Positions 8,590 to 17,997 of a stretch of DNA of 29,579 nucleotides are shown piece by piece. Numbering within the stretch: the stretch's first letter is position 1; every line of letters begins with the position of its first letter. Origin of the DNA: Planctomycetota bacterium (GTDB taxonomy: Bacteria; Planctomycetota; SZUA-567; H5-PLA8); the NCBI GenBank assembly GCA_045863855.1, contig BTVV01000076.1, positions 1 to 29,579 of the forward strand. Direction: 5' to 3'. Below the pieces are notes generated by a model that was not told the DNA's origin, did no database searches, and worked only from the letters and a program-made list of their open reading frames with translations. The position numbers and the translations under genes were made by a program.

Positions 8590-9549
8590 TCAGCGCTCCG
8601 CCAGATCGGCATCGCCGGTGGCTCGGGCGAAGATTTCTTCGAGCGAGAGGGCGCGGCGGCGCAGTTCGAGGAGCTTCCAGCCGGCGGCGGCGCGGGCGGC
8701 GAAGAGCGCGACGACGGCGTCGCGGGGATCGCGGCCTTCCTGCGGATCGAGTTCGCAGCACGCAGGCGGGAGATCTTCGCTGCGGTCTTCGGGGCGCGGG
8801 GGAACTTCGAGGACGGCGCGGACGCCGTCGAGCTGGGCGAGGGCGGCGCGGATCTCTTGCGCGGGCCAGGCGAGTTCGAAGCGCCGCCAGCGGCGCAGGC
8901 GCGCGACGTCTTCGTCGGGGACGCGCCGCCCGCGGTGCAGGATCACGATGCGCCCGCAGACGGCTTCGACTTCGGGCAGGATGTGGGTCGAGAGCAGGAC
9001 GGTGTGCTCGCGCTTGAGTTCGTCGAGGAGCGCGCGGACTTCGAGGCGCTGGAGCGGATCGAGGCCGCTGGTCGGTTCGTCGAGGAGCAGGATTTCGGGC
9101 GGTCCCAGGAGCGCGTCGGCGAGTCCCACGCGCTGGCGGAATCCGCGCGAGAGGGTGCCGACGGTCTGGCGGCGGCGGTCGCCGAGCTTGCAGGCGGCGG
9201 TGACGCGGTCGATCTCGCTGGAGCGGCGCGCGCGGGGGACGCCTTTGATGCGCGCGCGAAAGAGGAGGTATTCGTTGATACGCAGTTCGGGATAGAGCGG
9301 GACGGTTTCGGGGAGGTAGCCGATCTTGCGGCGGACTTCGAGGGATTCGCGGAAGACGTCGCGCCCGGCGAGGCGCGCGGCGCCGGCCGTGGCGGGGATG
9401 TAGCCCGAGAGGATGCGCAGGGTGGTGGACTTGCCGGCGCCGTTGACGCCCAGGAAGCCGACGACTTCGCCGGCTTCGACGCGGAAGCTGACGTCGTCGA
9501 GGGCGGTGAGGTCGCCGTAGCGTTTGGTGAGGTGTTCGACTTCGATCAT
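8590..9549 (-). CDS. ABC transporter ATP-binding protein (GldA-like)
   Basis: MIEVEHLTKRYG start, Walker A GVNGAGKST, signature LSRGFRQRV, Walker B LLLDEPTSGLDP, H-loop LSTH. Confidence 0.93.
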   Translation of the reverse strand: MIEVEHLTKRYGDLTALDDVSFRVEAGEVVGFLGVNGAGKSTTLRILSGYIPATAGAARLAGRDVFRESLEVRRKIGYLPETVPLYPELRINEYLLFRARIKGVPRARRSSEIDRVTAACKLGDRRRQTVGTLSRGFRQRVGLADALLGPPEILLLDEPTSGLDPLQRLEVRALLDELKREHTVLLSTHILPEVEAVCGRIVILHRGRRVPDEDVARLRRWRRFELAWPAQEIRAALAQLDGVRAVLEVPPRPEDRSEDLPPACCELDPQEGRDPRDAVVALFAARAAAGWKLLELRRRALSLEEIFARATGDADLAER

Positions 9550-9980
9550 GTGGGGCCGTTGTAATCGATTTCCCGTTGGAGCGGTATGCGCGGCGTGCGT
9601 TCCGCCGTGCGGCGGCTTGGCAGGTGGTGGACGGAGCGGGTCGGCTTCGGACCGTGAGCAATCGAGAAACGCGTGACTGCCAACGCTCCTATACATATAG
9701 AAGGTAGCACGTTCTTTCGATCCGGAGCCAGAGGCGTTAATTAGGTTGTATTTAGGGCGGCCTACATCCTCTGTTGTCTTATGGAATCTCGGCGGCTACA
9801 GGCTATGCTCTTGAGCCGAACATCGAAGCCGGAGATGCTGACCGCAGCGCAGGACCTGCGGTAGGGGAGTTCGTGTCGTCGCAGTGAGGCGCAGGGGTGG
9901 GCGCTTGGGCGGCGGCAGGGGAGACGCAGGGCGCGTCTTTCTTCTATAACCGCAACGGTTTAGAGACCTCAGGGGTGGGC

Positions 9981-11585
9981 ATGCGGCAGGCCGAAGCGAT
10001 CGCGATTCCGTCCGGGGAATGCGTGGCGCTCCACGAAGCGTTGGGCGCGGTGGGCGTACCGTTCCAGGTGCGCTTACAGGCCGGGCGCGAGCTATCGGCA
10101 GAGCGGATGCTTCCGGAAGGCGAATTGGGCGGCGAACGGATCGCTTCGTTGCCGGCGTGCCTGCCCGAACATCTGGGCGACCGCGGCTTCTGCGCGGATC
10201 ACGGCATACGCTATCCGTACCTGACCGGCGCAATGGCCAACGGAATCGCCTCGGTGGAGATCGTCGAGGCGATGGGCCGCGCGGGGATGCTGGGCTTCTT
10301 CGGCGCGGCGGGGCTGTCGCTGGAGCGGATTGAGGCGGCGATCGACCGGCTGGCGGGCGGGCTGTTTCCGTACGGCTTCAACCTGATACACACACCCAAC
10401 GAGCCGCGGATGGAAGCGGCGGTGGTGGACCTGTATCTGCGCCGCGGCGTGCGGCTGGTGGAAGCTTCGGCGTACCTGGACCTGACGCTCCCGCTGGTGC
10501 GCTACCGCGTGAAGGGGATCCGGCGCGGAGCGGACGGTCGGCCCGAAGCGCCGAACCGGATCGTGGCGAAAGTTTCGCGCGTGGAAGTGGCGGCGAAGTT
10601 CTTCGCGCCGCCGCCGGAGCGCTTCCTGAAAGAACTGGTCGCGTCGGGCGAGATTCGCCCCGAACAGGCGGAGCTGGCCGCGCGGATTCCGATGGCTCAG
10701 GATCTGACGGCGGAAGCCGACAGCGGCGGGCATACGGACAACCGCCCGGCGATCGCGATGCTGCCGACGATGCTGGCGCTGCGCGACCGGATGCAGGCTC
10801 AGTACGGCTACGCGGAGCCCTTGCGCGTGGGCGCGGCGGGCGGGATTTCCACGCCGGCGGCCGCGGCGGCGATGTTCTCGATGGGCGTGGCGTACGTGCT
10901 GACGGGTTCGATCAATCAGGCGTGCGTGGAGTCGGGATCGAGCGACCGGGTGCGGGCGATGCTGGCCGAGGCGCAGCAGGCGGACGTGGCGATGGCGCCG
11001 GCGGCGGACATGTTCGAGATGGGCGTGAAGCTGCAGGTCCTGAAGCGCGGGACGATGTTCCCGATGCGCGCGGCGAAGCTGTACCAGCTTTACCGTTCGC
11101 ACGAGAGCCTGGAGAGCCTGCCGCCGGCCGAGCGCGAGGCGCTGGAGAAGAGTTTTTTCCGCGCGACGTGCGAGGATATCTGGGCGCAGACGAAGAGCTT
11201 TTTCGAGAAGCGCGATCCGAGCCAGGTGGAACGCGCGGCGCGCGATCCGAAGCATAAGATGGCGCTGGTTTTCCGCTGGTATCTGGGGATGTCGTCGCGC
11301 TGGGCCAACGCGGGCGAAGCGTCGCGGGCGGTCGATTACCAAGTCTGGTGCGGCCCGGCGATGGGCGCGTTCAACGAATGGACGAAGGGCTCGTTTCTGG
11401 AACGTCCCGAGCAGCGCAAAGTGGTGACGGTGGCGCTGAACATCCTGTACGGCGCGGCGGTGCTGACGCGCGCGCACGGGCTGCGCTGCCAGGGCGTGCC
11501 GATTCCGCCGGGCGCGGCGGAGTTCCAGCCGCTGCCGCTGGAAGAACTGTCCGCGCGCTTGAATCCGAAGAGGAGTGCGCCTTGA
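9981..11585 (+). CDS. pfaD: PUFA synthase FMN-dependent enoyl-ACP reductase (PfaD/Pfa1)
   Basis: GAMANGIAS, VEASAY, AEADSGGHTDNRP, GAAGGI, TGSINQ, MAPAADMFEMGVKLQVLKRGT, KHKMALVFRWY, DYQVWCGPAMGAFN. ATG at 9981 preferred; GTG at 9897 is the alternative start. Confidence 0.95.
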   Translation: MRQAEAIAIPSGECVALHEALGAVGVPFQVRLQAGRELSAERMLPEGELGGERIASLPACLPEHLGDRGFCADHGIRYPYLTGAMANGIASVEIVEAMGRAGMLGFFGAAGLSLERIEAAIDRLAGGLFPYGFNLIHTPNEPRMEAAVVDLYLRRGVRLVEASAYLDLTLPLVRYRVKGIRRGADGRPEAPNRIVAKVSRVEVAAKFFAPPPERFLKELVASGEIRPEQAELAARIPMAQDLTAEADSGGHTDNRPAIAMLPTMLALRDRMQAQYGYAEPLRVGAAGGISTPAAAAAMFSMGVAYVLTGSINQACVESGSSDRVRAMLAEAQQADVAMAPAADMFEMGVKLQVLKRGTMFPMRAAKLYQLYRSHESLESLPPAEREALEKSFFRATCEDIWAQTKSFFEKRDPSQVERAARDPKHKMALVFRWYLGMSSRWANAGEASRAVDYQVWCGPAMGAFNEWTKGSFLERPEQRKVVTVALNILYGAAVLTRAHGLRCQGVPIPPGAAEFQPLPLEELSARLNPKRSAP

Positions 11586-14500
11586 GCCGCGAAGTTCGAC
11601 CCGCCTCGGACGCGCCGCAGCACGAACCCCTGGCCATCGTGGGGATCGGGTGCCTGTTCCCCAAGGCCGAATCGAGCGGCGCGTATTGGGCCAATATCCG
11701 TGACGGCGTGGACGCGATCGTCGAGATTCCCGAGACGCACTGGAAGCCGGACGACTATTTCGATGCGGACCCGGACGCGCCCGACCGGACCTACGGGCGG
11801 CGCGGCGGCTTCGTGCCTCCGGTGGCTTTCGATCCGCTTTTTTACGGCATCTCGCCGAACAACCTCGAAGCGACGGACACCTCGCAGCTTTTGGGCCTGT
11901 GGGCGGCCGATCAGGCGCTGCGCGACGCGGGTTACGGTCCGGACGCGGCGTTCGACCGCGAGCGGGTGAGCGTGATTCTGGGCGTGACGGGGACGCTGGA
12001 GCTGGTGGTGCCGCTGGGCGCGCGGCTGGGGCATCCGCTGTGGCGCAAGGCGCTGCGGGATGCGGGCGTCGACGAAGCGACGACGCAGGACGTCGTCGAG
12101 CGGATCTCCGAGCAGTACGTGCCGTGGCAGGAAAATTCGTTCCCCGGCTTGCTGGGCAACGTGGTCGCCGGGCGGATCGCGAACCGGTTGAACCTGGGCG
12201 GAACGAACTGCGTGGTGGACGCGGCGTGCGCGAGTTCGCTGGGCGCGGTGCATCTGGCGGGGCTGGAACTGGCCTCGGGGCGGTCGGACGTCGTCGTGAC
12301 CGGCGGCGTGGATACGTTCAACGACATTTTCATGTTCATGTGCTTCAGCAAAACCCCGGCGCTTTCGCTGACGGGCGACGCGCGCCCGTTCGACAAGGCC
12401 GCGGACGGTACGATCCTGGGCGAAGGGATCGGCGTGGTGGTGCTGAAGCGGCTGTCCGATGCGCGCCGCGACGGCGACCGCGTGTACGCGGTAATCAAGA
12501 GCGTGGGTTCGTCGAGCGACGGCAAGGGCAGCGCGATTTACGCGCCGAAGGCCGCGGGCCAGCAGCGCGCGCTGCGCGAAGCGTACAAGCTGGCGGGTGT
12601 GACGCCGGACACGGTCGAGCTGATCGAGGCGCACGGGACGGGCACGCGCGTGGGCGACGCGACGGAAGTCTCGGCGCTGGCCGAAGTTTTCGGCGCGGCG
12701 AAGAGCGGCGCTCCGTGGTGCGCGCTGGGTTCGGTGAAGTCGCAGATCGGGCATACCAAGGCGGCGGCGGGGATCGCCGGCTTGATCAAGGCGGCTTTGG
12801 CGCTGCACCACAAGGTTCTGCCGCCGACGATCAAGATCGACGATCCGACGGAGAAGCTGGCTTCGGGCGAGACGCCTTTCTACGTGAACACGCAGGCGCG
12901 GCCGTGGCTGCCGAAGGCGGAGCATCCGCGGCGGGCCGGGGTGAGCGCGTTCGGGTTCGGCGGGAGCAATTTCCACTGCGTGCTGGAAGAAGCCGGCGAG
13001 ACGAAGCCGGAGATCGACTGGGACGGGAAGGACCAGGTGCTGGCGTTCTCGGCGGCGGATCCGGCGGCACTGGCCGCGAAGCTGGACGCATTTGCCGTTG
13101 CGCTGGACGCGCCGGCGCTGCGCGCGCGGGCGGCGCGATCGCGCGAGGCGTTCGATCCCAAGCAGCCTTGCCGTCTGGTGCTGCCGCTGGAGTCGGACAA
13201 GCCGGACCTGCCGCAGCGGATCGCGGCGTTGAAGAGCCTGCTGGCGCAGCGCGGCGGGGAAGCGTTCTGGTCGTTGCCGGACGGGACGGCGTACGGGAGC
13301 GGGGAGCTTGCGGGCAAGCTGGCGCTCTTGTTCCCCGGCCAAGGTGCGCAGTACGTGGGCATGTTCCGCGAGTGGGCGTGCCGTTTCCCGGCGTTCCAGC
13401 AGGTGCTGATCGAAGCGGACGGGGCGTTCGCGCCGGACGGTCAGGGCACGCCGTTGAGCGCGATGATCTATCCGCCGGCGGCCTTCACGGAAGCGGCGCG
13501 CGAGGCGCAGGCGGCGCGCTTGCAGGCGACGCAGCACGCGCAGCCGGCGCTGGGCGCGGTGAGTTTGGGCGCGTGGCGGGTGCTGGAACCGTTCGGTCTG
13601 AAGCCGGATTTCCTGGCGGGGCACAGCTACGGCGAACTGGCGGCACTGTGCGCGGCGGGGCGCTTCGACGACGCGGCGTTCCACGCGCTTTCGCAGGCGC
13701 GCGGGGATCTGATGGCGCGCGCGGGGCGCAACGGGTCGGACGGCGAGTCCGATCCGGGGACGATGCTGGCGGTGCAGGCTCCGCTGGTGCGCGTGCAGGA
13801 AGCGCTGCGCGAGGCGGCGGCGCCGGGCGTGGTGATCGCCAACCGCAACGCGCCGGCGCAGTGCGTGCTCTCGGGCCCGACGGGCGAGATCGAGCGCGCG
13901 GCGAAGGTGCTGGAGCGGCATGGGCTGAAGCATAAGCGGCTGGCGGTGGCGGCGGCGTTTCACAGTCCGCTGGTGGCCGCGGCGCGCGAACCGTTCGCGG
14001 CGGCGCTGGAGCGGCATGCGTTTCACGCGCCTTCGGAGCGGACGGTCTTCGCGAATACGACGGCGCAGCCGTATCCGGGCGAGCCGGCGGCGGCGCGCGC
14101 GCTGCTGGCGCGGCAGCTGGCCGAGCCCGTCGAGTTCGAGCAGTGCGTCGAGAACCTGTACGCGGCGGGCGCGCGGATCTTCCTGGAAGTCGGCCCCGGA
14201 GCGCGGCTGACGGGGCTGGTCCAGGCGATCCTGGGTTCGCGCCCGCATGCTTCGTGCGCGGTGGACGCGAGCAGCGGGCGGCGCGGCGGGTTGTCGGATC
14301 TGGCGCGCGCGCTGGCGCAGTTGGCGGCGCTGGGCCTGAGTCTCGATCTGACGCGGTGGGATACGCCGGGGGCGGCGCTGCAGGAGCCCGATGCGGCCGC
14401 GCGCGCCCGGTTGACGGTACCGATTTGCGGAGCGAATTACGTGAAGCCCAGGACGCACCAGCCTCCCAAACCTCAGCCCGCCGCGGCGCGCCCCGCCGCA

Positions 14501-17500
14501 CCGGCCGCGTTGACGCTGCCGCAGGCGGCGCCGGTTCAAACGCCGCCGCGCGCGCCGCACACGCCGGCGCCGGCCGCGCCGCTGCCGGCGAACGGTACGC
14601 TGGCGTCCGAAGCGCTGCGCGCGATTCAGGCGAACATGCTGACGCTGCAAAGCCTGCAGGAACAGACGGCGAACCTGCACCGGCAGTTCCTCGAAGGACA
14701 ACAGCAGGCGGTGCGCAGCTTCCAGATGCTGTTGGAGCAGCAGGTGCTCTTCGGGACGTCCGGCACGCCTGCCGCGCCAAGTCCGGTGGCGGCGGTACCT
14801 GTACCGGTCCTGCCGATTCCGGCGCCGGCTCCGACGGTTGCGATGCCCGCACCGGCGGCGATTCCGGCCGCGCCGGCCGTTGCGGCTCCGGCGGCCGCGC
14901 AGGCTTCCGCGCAGTTGGAGACGACGCTGCTGGAGACGGTGGCCGCGGCGACGGGGTATCCGCGCGAGATGCTGGCGCTGGAGATGGATCTCGAAGCCGA
15001 CTTGGGCATCGATTCGATCAAGCGCGTAGAGATTCTCTCGCAGTTGCAGGAGAAGCTGCCGGGTTTGCCGGCGCTGGGTTCGGACCGGCTGGGCGCGATC
15101 CGGACGCTGAAAGAGATCGTGGCGCTGCTGGGTTCGGGTAGCGCGGCAGCCGCGCCCGTGGCGGCGGCGGCACCGGCGACGGCTCCGGTCGCGCGCGCGG
15201 CGGGGAGCGGACCGAAGACCGGGAAGCTGGCGCAGATCCTGCTCGAAACGGTGGCCGAGAAGACGGGCTATCCACTGGAGATGCTGAACCTGGCGATGGA
15301 TCTGGAAGCCGATCTGGGGATCGATTCGATCAAGCGCGTCGAGATTCTCTCGGTGCTTCAAGAGCGCTTCCCGGAAGCTCCGGCGGTGGCTTCCGACCGG
15401 CTGGGCGCGCTGCGTACGCTGGAACAGATCGTCGCGTATCTGTCGGAAGGCCCCGCGGCGCCGGCGGCCGTGCCGCAGGACGCGCCGCGCAAGGTTGCGG
15501 CTCCGCCCGAACCGAAGCACCACGCCGCGGAAGGCGCGCCGCACCCGGGTCTGGAGCGGCTGGTGCTGCGCGTGAAGGGCTTGGAAGATCGCGGCGGCGA
15601 GGCGGCGCTGAACCTGGCCGCCGACGCGCCGATCTGGATTACCGACGACGGTTCGGCCTTCGCGGCGTGCCTGGAGCAGCGGCTGAAGGCGCTGGGGCGT
15701 TCGACGCGGCTGATCCGGGTGGGCGAGCGATTGGCGGAACGCCCGGAACGGCTGGCGGGGCTGGTGATCATCGCGCCTGAGGCCGGCGCGCACGACCGCT
15801 TCCTTAAGGATGCGTTCCTGCTGCTGCAAGGTTCGGCGGCGGGCTTGCGCAAGGCGGGAGCGGCGGGCGGCGCGGTGCTGGCGACGGTCTCGCGGCTGGA
15901 CGGGTGCTTCGGGCTGAACGGCGACGACGACATCCGGCAGCCGGAGTCGGGCGGGCTGGCGGGGTTGACCAAGACGGCGCTGCACGAATGGCCGGAAGTG
16001 CAGGTGCGGGCACTGGATCTGGCGGGGGATTTCGAGTCGCCGGAAGCGGCGGCGGCGCGGATCGCCGAGGAACTGCTGCGGGCCGGGCCGGTGGAAGTGG
16101 GTCTGAGCCGCAAGGGACGCTGGCATCTGGAGCTGGCGCCGATTCCGTTGAACGGGCGCGCGCCGCAGCCTCCGGTCGCGGCGGGTGAACTGATCGTGGT
16201 CAGCGGCGGGGCGCACGGGATCACCGCGGAAGTATCGGTGGCGCTGGCGCGCGCGTTCAAGCCGACGCTGCTGCTCTTGGGCCGCAGCCCCGGGCCGGAA
16301 GCCGAGCCGGACTGGCTGGCCACGCTGAGCGGCGAGGCGCAGATCAAACAGGCGCTGCTGACGCGGAAGAACGGGCACCCGGCGACGCCGAAGGCGATCG
16401 AGGCCGAACTGCGGCGGATCGTGACCAACCGCCGGCTGTTGAAGAATCTCGACCGGATGCGCGAGTCCGGCGCGCGGGTGATCTACCGCCCTGCCGACGT
16501 GCGCGATGCGGCGGCGGTGCGCGCGGCGATTCGCGCGGCGTGCGCGGAAGCCGGTCCGGTGCGGGGACTGATCCACGGCGCGGGGGTGCTGGCCGACCGG
16601 CTGATCGAAGAGAAGACGGCGGAGCAGTTCGATTCGGTCTACGACACGAAGGTGGTGGGCCTGCGCGGTCTGCTGGACGCGATCGACGCGGAATGCCCCG
16701 AGGCGCTGCGGCTGCTGGTGCTCTTTTCGTCTTCGACGGGGCGCTTCGGGCGGCGCGGGCAGGTGGCGTACGCGGTGAGCAACGAAGTGCTGAACAAAGT
16801 TGCGCAGCAGCAGGCGCGGCGGCGTCCGAAGGCGCGGGTGGTCTCGATCAACTGGGGCCCGTGGAACGGCGGGATGGTCAACGCGAGCCTGCAGAAGATT
16901 TTCGCGCAGGAAGGCGTGGGCCTGATCGATCTTCAGGCAGGCGCGGAGTTCCTGATTCACGAGATTTGTTCGAGCGGCGAGTGCCCGGTGGAGGTGACGG
17001 TGCTGGGCGCGCACGGCGCGGCGCCGGCATCGAGCGGCGCGCTGCAGCCGTCGCATCCGCTGGCCTACGAGCAGCAGGTGAGCCTGGCGGAATGGCCGGT
17101 GTTGCGCGATCACGCGATGGACGGGCACGCGGTGCTGCCGCTGGCGCTGATCGCGGAGGGTTTCGCGCACGCGGCGGTGCACGGGCATCCGGGCATGGCC
17201 TTCGCCGGGCTGGACGGCTTGCATGTGCTGAAGGGCGTGGTTTTGAAATCCGACGCGCCGCTGGCGCTGCGCTTCCACGCGGGCAAGGCCGCGCCGGCCG
17301 CGGACGGTTTGCAGGCGGTCGAGGTGGAGTTGTGGAGCAGCGAGCCGGGCGCGCACGCGCGGGCGCGGCTGCATGCCAGCGGAAAGGTGCTGCTCGCACC
17401 GATCGGTGCTGCGCCGGCTGCTCCGGAGGCGAAGCTTGGCGCGCTGGCGCTGCCGGCGTATGCGCACGCCGCCGAGAAAGCGTACGCCGATCTGCTCTTT

Positions 17501-17923
17501 CACGGCCCGGCGCTGCAGGGCTTGAAGCGCATCGAAGGCTGCGGCGCCGACGGGATCGTGGCGCTCGCCTCGGGCGCACCGGCGCCGTCGCAATGGCTGC
17601 TCAAGCCGCTGCGCCGCCAGTGGCTCACCGATCCGCTCGCGGTGGACTGCGCGTTCCAGATGATGATCCTGTGGAGCCTGGAGCAACTGGGCGCGGGCTC
17701 GCTGCCGTGCCGGATGGGGCGCTTCCGGCAATACGCGGCGCCCGTGGCGGGCCGGGAGATCCGCATCGCGATCCGGATCACGAAGCGCAAGGCGCAGATG
17801 GCCGCGGCCGAGATGGAGTTCAGCGACGCGAGCGGGAAGCTGCTGGCGCGGCTGGACGATTTCGAATGCGTGATCGACGCGGCCCTGGAACAGGCCTTCC
17901 GGCGCAACAGCGCCGCGGGCTGA
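11582..17923 (+). CDS. pfaA: PUFA synthase PfaA/Pfa2: KS-MAT-ACPx2-KR-DH(PKS type)
   Basis: TTG start overlapping the pfaD stop, with a GAGGAG SD. KS DAACASS/HGTGT/GHTK; AT GHSYG/AFHS; two ACPs with LGIDSIKRVEIL; KR GGAHGIT/HGAGVLAD/YAVSN; DH HAMDGHAVLP...FHGP...DCAFQ. Confidence 0.95.
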   Translation: MSREVRPASDAPQHEPLAIVGIGCLFPKAESSGAYWANIRDGVDAIVEIPETHWKPDDYFDADPDAPDRTYGRRGGFVPPVAFDPLFYGISPNNLEATDTSQLLGLWAADQALRDAGYGPDAAFDRERVSVILGVTGTLELVVPLGARLGHPLWRKALRDAGVDEATTQDVVERISEQYVPWQENSFPGLLGNVVAGRIANRLNLGGTNCVVDAACASSLGAVHLAGLELASGRSDVVVTGGVDTFNDIFMFMCFSKTPALSLTGDARPFDKAADGTILGEGIGVVVLKRLSDARRDGDRVYAVIKSVGSSSDGKGSAIYAPKAAGQQRALREAYKLAGVTPDTVELIEAHGTGTRVGDATEVSALAEVFGAAKSGAPWCALGSVKSQIGHTKAAAGIAGLIKAALALHHKVLPPTIKIDDPTEKLASGETPFYVNTQARPWLPKAEHPRRAGVSAFGFGGSNFHCVLEEAGETKPEIDWDGKDQVLAFSAADPAALAAKLDAFAVALDAPALRARAARSREAFDPKQPCRLVLPLESDKPDLPQRIAALKSLLAQRGGEAFWSLPDGTAYGSGELAGKLALLFPGQGAQYVGMFREWACRFPAFQQVLIEADGAFAPDGQGTPLSAMIYPPAAFTEAAREAQAARLQATQHAQPALGAVSLGAWRVLEPFGLKPDFLAGHSYGELAALCAAGRFDDAAFHALSQARGDLMARAGRNGSDGESDPGTMLAVQAPLVRVQEALREAAAPGVVIANRNAPAQCVLSGPTGEIERAAKVLERHGLKHKRLAVAAAFHSPLVAAAREPFAAALERHAFHAPSERTVFANTTAQPYPGEPAAARALLARQLAEPVEFEQCVENLYAAGARIFLEVGPGARLTGLVQAILGSRPHASCAVDASSGRRGGLSDLARALAQLAALGLSLDLTRWDTPGAALQEPDAAARARLTVPICGANYVKPRTHQPPKPQPAAARPAAPAALTLPQAAPVQTPPRAPHTPAPAAPLPANGTLASEALRAIQANMLTLQSLQEQTANLHRQFLEGQQQAVRSFQMLLEQQVLFGTSGTPAAPSPVAAVPVPVLPIPAPAPTVAMPAPAAIPAAPAVAAPAAAQASAQLETTLLETVAAATGYPREMLALEMDLEADLGIDSIKRVEILSQLQEKLPGLPALGSDRLGAIRTLKEIVALLGSGSAAAAPVAAAAPATAPVARAAGSGPKTGKLAQILLETVAEKTGYPLEMLNLAMDLEADLGIDSIKRVEILSVLQERFPEAPAVASDRLGALRTLEQIVAYLSEGPAAPAAVPQDAPRKVAAPPEPKHHAAEGAPHPGLERLVLRVKGLEDRGGEAALNLAADAPIWITDDGSAFAACLEQRLKALGRSTRLIRVGERLAERPERLAGLVIIAPEAGAHDRFLKDAFLLLQGSAAGLRKAGAAGGAVLATVSRLDGCFGLNGDDDIRQPESGGLAGLTKTALHEWPEVQVRALDLAGDFESPEAAAARIAEELLRAGPVEVGLSRKGRWHLELAPIPLNGRAPQPPVAAGELIVVSGGAHGITAEVSVALARAFKPTLLLLGRSPGPEAEPDWLATLSGEAQIKQALLTRKNGHPATPKAIEAELRRIVTNRRLLKNLDRMRESGARVIYRPADVRDAAAVRAAIRAACAEAGPVRGLIHGAGVLADRLIEEKTAEQFDSVYDTKVVGLRGLLDAIDAECPEALRLLVLFSSSTGRFGRRGQVAYAVSNEVLNKVAQQQARRRPKARVVSINWGPWNGGMVNASLQKIFAQEGVGLIDLQAGAEFLIHEICSSGECPVEVTVLGAHGAAPASSGALQPSHPLAYEQQVSLAEWPVLRDHAMDGHAVLPLALIAEGFAHAAVHGHPGMAFAGLDGLHVLKGVVLKSDAPLALRFHAGKAAPAADGLQAVEVELWSSEPGAHARARLHASGKVLLAPIGAAPAAPEAKLGALALPAYAHAAEKAYADLLFHGPALQGLKRIEGCGADGIVALASGAPAPSQWLLKPLRRQWLTDPLAVDCAFQMMILWSLEQLGAGSLPCRMGRFRQYAAPVAGREIRIAIRITKRKAQMAAAEMEFSDASGKLLARLDDFECVIDAALEQAFRRNSAAG
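14915..15443 (+). repeat. Two tandem ACP-coding repeats inside pfaA, separated by a Pro/Ala linker
   Basis: About 14915-15130 and 15227-15443 both encode TGYP..MDLEADLGIDSIKRVEILS..SDRLGA.RTL..IVA, with several synonymous and non-synonymous differences. Confidence 0.9.
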
Positions 17924-17997
17924 CGCGCGGGAAAACCCACAGCCAGGCGGATCGATGAGCGGCGCGCACTCAGCGGCGCGCGCGACGGGGGAGCGAC

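Noticed and set aside
9785..9926. 6S RNA-like words (CTTGAGCCGAACAT ... GCGGCGGCA) upstream of pfaD
   Set aside because: The complementary GGTTCAAG-type strand needed for the 6S helix is absent.
17955..17997. ATG at 17955, one base out of frame with pfaBC across a G5 run (possible frameshift or sequencing error)
   Set aside because: The in-frame GTG at 17998 has a good GGGGAG SD and precedes the full KS start, so no frameshift is needed.
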